From contig WARW01000022.1 of the NCBI GenBank assembly GCA_013387215.1, forward strand, positions 238,417 to 302,416: a stretch of DNA of 64,000 nt, written 5' to 3'. How positions within the stretch are numbered: the first letter of the stretch is position 1; the number at the start of each line of letters is the position of its first letter. The DNA is from Patescibacteria group bacterium (GTDB lineage: Bacteria > Patescibacteriota > Microgenomatia > UBA12405). Shown here in pieces: positions 60,227 to 64,000 of the stretch. The notes beneath the pieces were generated by a model. The model saw only the letters and a list, made by a program, of their open reading frames with translations, searched no databases and was not told the origin of the DNA. The translations under genes and the position numbers were made by a program.

Positions 60227-61686
60227 AGCTGTGGCCTTTTTTGATGATAATCAGTAAATTGCTGGAATTGGTGTCCGAGAGAAAATAATTTTTCTTCTTC
60301 AAAGAAATTACCAATAAGCTGGAAACCAATTGGAAGGTTTTGATTGTTGAAACCGCATGGTAGAGCTAAACCTGGTACTCCAGCAACGTTAATACAAACC
60401 GTATAAACATCAGCCAAATACATTTGCAATGGATCGTTGACTTTAGCCCCAATTTTCCAGGCTGGAGTCGGAGAACAGGGAGCCAAAATGACATCGACAT
60501 TTTTGAAAGCTTCAACAAATTCATTTTTAATTAGAGTTCTGACTTTGGCTGCTTTAGTGTAGTAAGCATCATAATAGCCTGAAGATAGGGCATATGTTCC
60601 GATTAAAATGCGGCGTTTAACTTCAGGTTCCATATATTTGCCGCGAGTCTGCATGTAGTATGAAACAATATCAGGTGCACCATCAACACTTTGACCAAAA
60701 CGAATACCGTCATAACGAGCCATGTTGGCAGAAATTTCAGAAGGAATCAAAATATAGTAAACAGCAATTCCAAGATCAGTACTTGGCAAAGAAATATCGA
60801 CCAAAATGGCACCTTGTTTTTCAAATTCCTTGGCAGCATTAAGAACTTTTTCTTTAACTTCAGGATCAATAGAACCAGTAAAATATTCTTTAGGTAAACC
60901 AATTTTCAGACCTTTAATATTTATTTTTTTAAGATTTTCAGTATATTTAGGAACTTCAATATCACAAGTTGTGGCGTCATGAGGATCAAGCCCCGCTGTT
61001 ATTTCAGTGACCAAAGCAATATCCTCAACATCGCGGGCAAAAACACCAGGACAATCAAAAGATGAAGCCATGGCAGTAATACCGTAACGAGAATTGCGAC
61101 CATATGTTGTTTTTATTCCAGAAACTCCGCATAAAGATGAGGGCTGACGGATTGATCCGCCGGTGTCAGTGCCAAGCGCAAAGTGACATAAATCAGCAGC
61201 AACTGCGGCAGCGGAACCACCTGATGAACCACCAGGAACCATTTCTATGTTCCAAGGATTTTTAGTGGTAAAGTAGCCAGAGTTTTCAGTTGAAGCACCA
61301 AAAGCAAATGGATCAGTGTTGGTTTTACCGATAATCATGACATCTTCATCAATTAATTTTTGATAAATACTTGATGAATATTGAGGAATATAACCATTTA
61401 AGACTTGGGAGCTAGAAGTTGTTTGAATGCCTTTAGTTAAGAAAATATCTTTTACAGCCATAACTGCACCAGCTAATTTGCCTAGTTTCTCCCCTTTTTT
61501 GATTTTTTCATCAATTCTTTGAGCTTGGTCTATGATTTCTTTTTCAGTAATTGTAATAAAAGCTTTAATTTTTGGATCAATTTCTTTTGTGCGAGCCAAA
61601 AAATAATTAGCAATTTCAACAGCAGTAATCTGTTTATCCAAAAGCAGATGACGGGTTTGTTTGAATGAAAGGTTTTGAAGATCCAT
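60223..61686 (-). CDS. gatA: Asp/Glu-tRNA amidotransferase subunit A
   Basis: PGGSSGGSAAAVA, GTDTGGSIRQP, EVKRRI..G. Confidence 0.97.
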   Translation of the reverse strand: MDLQNLSFKQTRHLLLDKQITAVEIANYFLARTKEIDPKIKAFITITEKEIIDQAQRIDEKIKKGEKLGKLAGAVMAVKDIFLTKGIQTTSSSQVLNGYIPQYSSSIYQKLIDEDVMIIGKTNTDPFAFGASTENSGYFTTKNPWNIEMVPGGSSGGSAAAVAADLCHFALGTDTGGSIRQPSSLCGVSGIKTTYGRNSRYGITAMASSFDCPGVFARDVEDIALVTEITAGLDPHDATTCDIEVPKYTENLKKINIKGLKIGLPKEYFTGSIDPEVKEKVLNAAKEFEKQGAILVDISLPSTDLGIAVYYILIPSEISANMARYDGIRFGQSVDGAPDIVSYYMQTRGKYMEPEVKRRILIGTYALSSGYYDAYYTKAAKVRTLIKNEFVEAFKNVDVILAPCSPTPAWKIGAKVNDPLQMYLADVYTVCINVAGVPGLALPCGFNNQNLPIGFQLIGNFFEEEKLFSLGHQFQQFTDYHQKRPQL

Positions 61687-61688
61687 AG

Positions 61689-61991
61689 TTATTTTTTAAT
61701 TGTTGCCACGACTTCAAAATAACCATCTTTAGTTTTAGTGGCAGTTGATAAAGCGTCTTTTTGAGAAAATGATTCCTTTACCTCGTCTTGATGAAAAACG
61801 TTTTTTTGCTCATTAACTCTAAAGGTAGGCTTGATATTTGTAGTATCAGCTTTATTCAGAATATCTAAGTATTCTAGAACTGATTCTAGTTGAGGCAAAT
61901 AAGTTTTCTTTTCGTCATCTGTCAAATCGATTCTAGCCAATTTGGCAATATGATCCAGTTCTTCTGGGGTAATTTTATTGCTTGCAGACAT
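61689..61991 (-). CDS. gatC: Asp/Glu-tRNA amidotransferase subunit C
   Basis: HIAKLARI; position before gatA. Confidence 0.92.
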   Translation of the reverse strand: MSASNKITPEELDHIAKLARIDLTDDEKKTYLPQLESVLEYLDILNKADTTNIKPTFRVNEQKNVFHQDEVKESFSQKDALSTATKTKDGYFEVVATIKK

Positions 61992-62072
61992 AGGTGTATT
62001 TTAGAACATAAGCTCAAAAGACTCCACTTTTAGTTTCAAATTGATCCTTTGTAATTGAAATAAAGGTATGGT

Positions 62073-62161
62073 TATAATGAATACTAGTCTTATTAAAATG
62101 AGTGCTTAAAAAGCTTGAGCATTAGGTTTAATAGTACCTTAAAAAATTTAATTTTATCTGA
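62073..62161 (+). promoter_or_regulatory. -10 + hairpin + boxA-like GTACCTTAAA + 5' arm (unit L)
   Basis: TATAAT 62073-62078, hairpin 62103-62121, motif 62134-62143. Arm 62145-62161 pairs with 62758-62775. Confidence 0.65.
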
Positions 62162-62181
62162 TAAGAAAGGAATATCAGGTT

Positions 62182-62772
62182 ATGGGGAGAGGCACTAAAT
62201 ATCTTATTTTGATGGTGGTGATAGCTTTACTATTCTCACCAATCAAAGTTCTAGCAGAAAATAAAAAAGGAGGTGAAAGCAAAACATTAGTTGAATACTT
62301 GGAATTGAAAACCCCCAATGATTGTGGAAAATTAAATGCCAAAAGATCGGCCGAATTAGTTAATGGTATTGAAATTAATCCTGGCGACACTTTTTCATTT
62401 AATCAAATTGTTGGACAAATCAGCAAAAAACGTGGATTTAGGTGTGGTTTTATAACAATTATTCAAGGAGGAAAGAAAAAAACCTATTATGATGATGGGT
62501 CCAGTATTTGGAGAACGAGCACGGCGATATATCAAGCTGCTTTAGATTTGGGATTGGAAATTACCGAAAGGCATAAAACCTATAAACCTTGTGCATATGC
62601 CAAAATATGCGACAGTGCAGTTGCTGTTTGGGGAGAAGGGCCAGATTCGGATACCTACTTAGACATGAAAATCAAAAATAACAAAGACAAACAAATAAAG
62701 TTTGAAACCTCAGTGGATGATAATGCTCAAATAATAGTAAAGATATTCGAAACTGAATCAGAAAAAAATTGA
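62182..62772 (+). CDS. VanW-like domain secreted protein (divergent)
   Basis: Signal peptide, NG..I.PG.TFSFN..VG....RGF, STA.YQA....GLEI.ERH. Confidence 0.8.
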   Translation: MGRGTKYLILMVVIALLFSPIKVLAENKKGGESKTLVEYLELKTPNDCGKLNAKRSAELVNGIEINPGDTFSFNQIVGQISKKRGFRCGFITIIQGGKKKTYYDDGSSIWRTSTAIYQAALDLGLEITERHKTYKPCAYAKICDSAVAVWGEGPDSDTYLDMKIKNNKDKQIKFETSVDDNAQIIVKIFETESEKN

Positions 62773-62781
62773 ATTTTATCA

Positions 62782-62835
62782 AAAGGGTATTTTGTCGACT
62801 TAATTATCAAGTCTACTTAATGCCCTTTATTTTTT
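62782..62835 (+). terminator. Terminator after first VanW-like gene
   Basis: AAAGGGTATT/AATGCCCTTT stem plus T-tract. Confidence 0.65.
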
Positions 62836-62963
62836 CCCTAAATTTACATCTTGTGTATTGTGGCGTATAATCTCGCCTGTATTAAACATGAAAGGAGCGT
62901 TTGCAGCAAACGAAAACCTGTACATTAAAATCAAATTAGTTGAAGTCGAAAGGGGAGTTTTGT

Positions 62964-63551
62964 ATGAAAAAACCTTTGGTTCTGCTGATTATTTTTACAT
63001 TCAGTCTGATTTTTAGTTTTTCAGTGGTTTTGGCTGAAGACAAGAAATATACGAACGAACTTGTTTTTACCCATACCCTGCAATTATCAAAAAGCATTAA
63101 TAATGTTAATGCCGCAAAAGCTGCAGAATATGTAAATGGTTATATATTGGAACCAGGTGCAATCTTTTCCTATAATTTGGTTGTTGGAAAAAGAACTTGG
63201 GCAAGAGGCTTTAGATATGGATATATGCCGATTACCGATAAAAAGGGCCACATAATAAAAGAGATTAAAGTTGTTGGTTCAGGAGTATGTCGATTTTCTA
63301 CTGCCATGTTTCAAGCTGCGAGAGCATTTGATTTAGAAATCATTGAAAATCATTCTCATAGTTTTGGAGTTGATTATGCCAAGAAGGGCGATGATGCCAC
63401 AGTTAATTGGGGAAATGGCCCAGGGTCAAAAGGATGGCTGGATAATGTTTTTAAAAACACCAAAGATTATTCAATTCTGATCAAATGTTCAGTTAACAAA
63501 AAAAATCTTGTAACAGTTCAGTTCTACAAGATAAATGAATCAGAAAAATAA
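62964..63551 (+). CDS. VanW-like domain secreted protein
   Basis: PG..FSYN..VG, GSGVCRFSTAMFQA, HSHS..V.Y...G.DATV.WG; AAAGGGGAG SD. Confidence 0.85.
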   Translation: MKKPLVLLIIFTFSLIFSFSVVLAEDKKYTNELVFTHTLQLSKSINNVNAAKAAEYVNGYILEPGAIFSYNLVVGKRTWARGFRYGYMPITDKKGHIIKEIKVVGSGVCRFSTAMFQAARAFDLEIIENHSHSFGVDYAKKGDDATVNWGNGPGSKGWLDNVFKNTKDYSILIKCSVNKKNLVTVQFYKINESEK

Positions 63552-63571
63552 TTATGAAAGGTGGTTTTATT

Positions 63572-63736
63572 ATGGAAAACAAGATTCCTTATGATTACAT
63601 GAGAGGAAATATTTCAAGTTATGGTGAATTAAGCGAAGAAACCGCAGGATCAATTTCTCCAAGTTCTTCCGAGACTAATGATGATGACAGAAATAAAGAT
63701 TTTTACCATGACCGTTATACTGGCGGCTGCTGGTAA
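63572..63736 (+). CDS. Small acidic hypothetical peptide
   Basis: GAAAGGTGG SD before ATG 63572, terminator 63753-63799 follows. Confidence 0.5.
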   Translation: MENKIPYDYMRGNISSYGELSEETAGSISPSSSETNDDDRNKDFYHDRYTGGCW

Positions 63737-63781
63737 TATCTTTTTAGCACTTAGGGTGTTTTATTAACTTTTTTAAAGTTT

Positions 63782-63982
63782 TTAAGACGCCCTTTTTTTA
63801 TTTAATGATACTAATTCTCTAAATGCACCTATTGCCGAACCTTCAGGAATTGATAGCGTTTCTTTAATTTTTTTATGGCCGTCTGAGGTTGGTGGAAAAA
63901 AGCGTGAAGCTACTATTGGATCATGTTTATATTCTTTCCCCACTCTCCAATTTGTTTTTTGACAATATTCTTCAACTGTCAT
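63782..63982 (-). CDS. Hypothetical protein (may extend beyond window end)
   Basis: ORF converging on the same terminator. Confidence 0.35.
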   Translation of the reverse strand: MTVEEYCQKTNWRVGKEYKHDPIVASRFFPPTSDGHKKIKETLSIPEGSAIGAFRELVSLNKKRAS

Positions 63983-64000
63983 GTTGTTGGTTGCTAGAGC

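Noticed and set aside
1-64000. CRISPR array, rRNA or tRNA genes, retron/DGR
   Set aside because: No regularly spaced direct repeats, no rRNA or tRNA signatures despite the boxA motifs, and no reverse transcriptase or cas gene seen.

Overview
AT-rich bacterial chromosome segment with mostly minus-strand genes. Gene content and style (short AlaS and IF-2, baseplate-J-like and Gmad2 surface proteins, few Shine-Dalgarno sites) suggest Patescibacteria/CPR, probably Microgenomates (inference). The backbone is housekeeping: rpoB-rpoC-rpsL-rpsG, miaB, mltG/ruvX/sortase, alaS, ftsK, proS with a T-box, rnj, pnp/rpsO, infB/nusA, hrcA-grpE-dnaK-dnaJ with CIRCE, rmuC, dut, uvrD-like, gatCAB. The main unexplained signal is about 13 small accessory transcription units built like pre-rRNA. 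Each has a sigma70 promoter, often a boxB-like hairpin whose loop ends in GC, a boxA-like motif (GYWCHTT(T)AA), a unit-specific 5' arm and ORF(s) with strong SD sites. A 3' arm complementary to the 5' arm follows (clear in 11 units), usually with an intrinsic terminator. Arm sequences differ between units yet complementarity is kept. Many housekeeping genes, in contrast, look leaderless.
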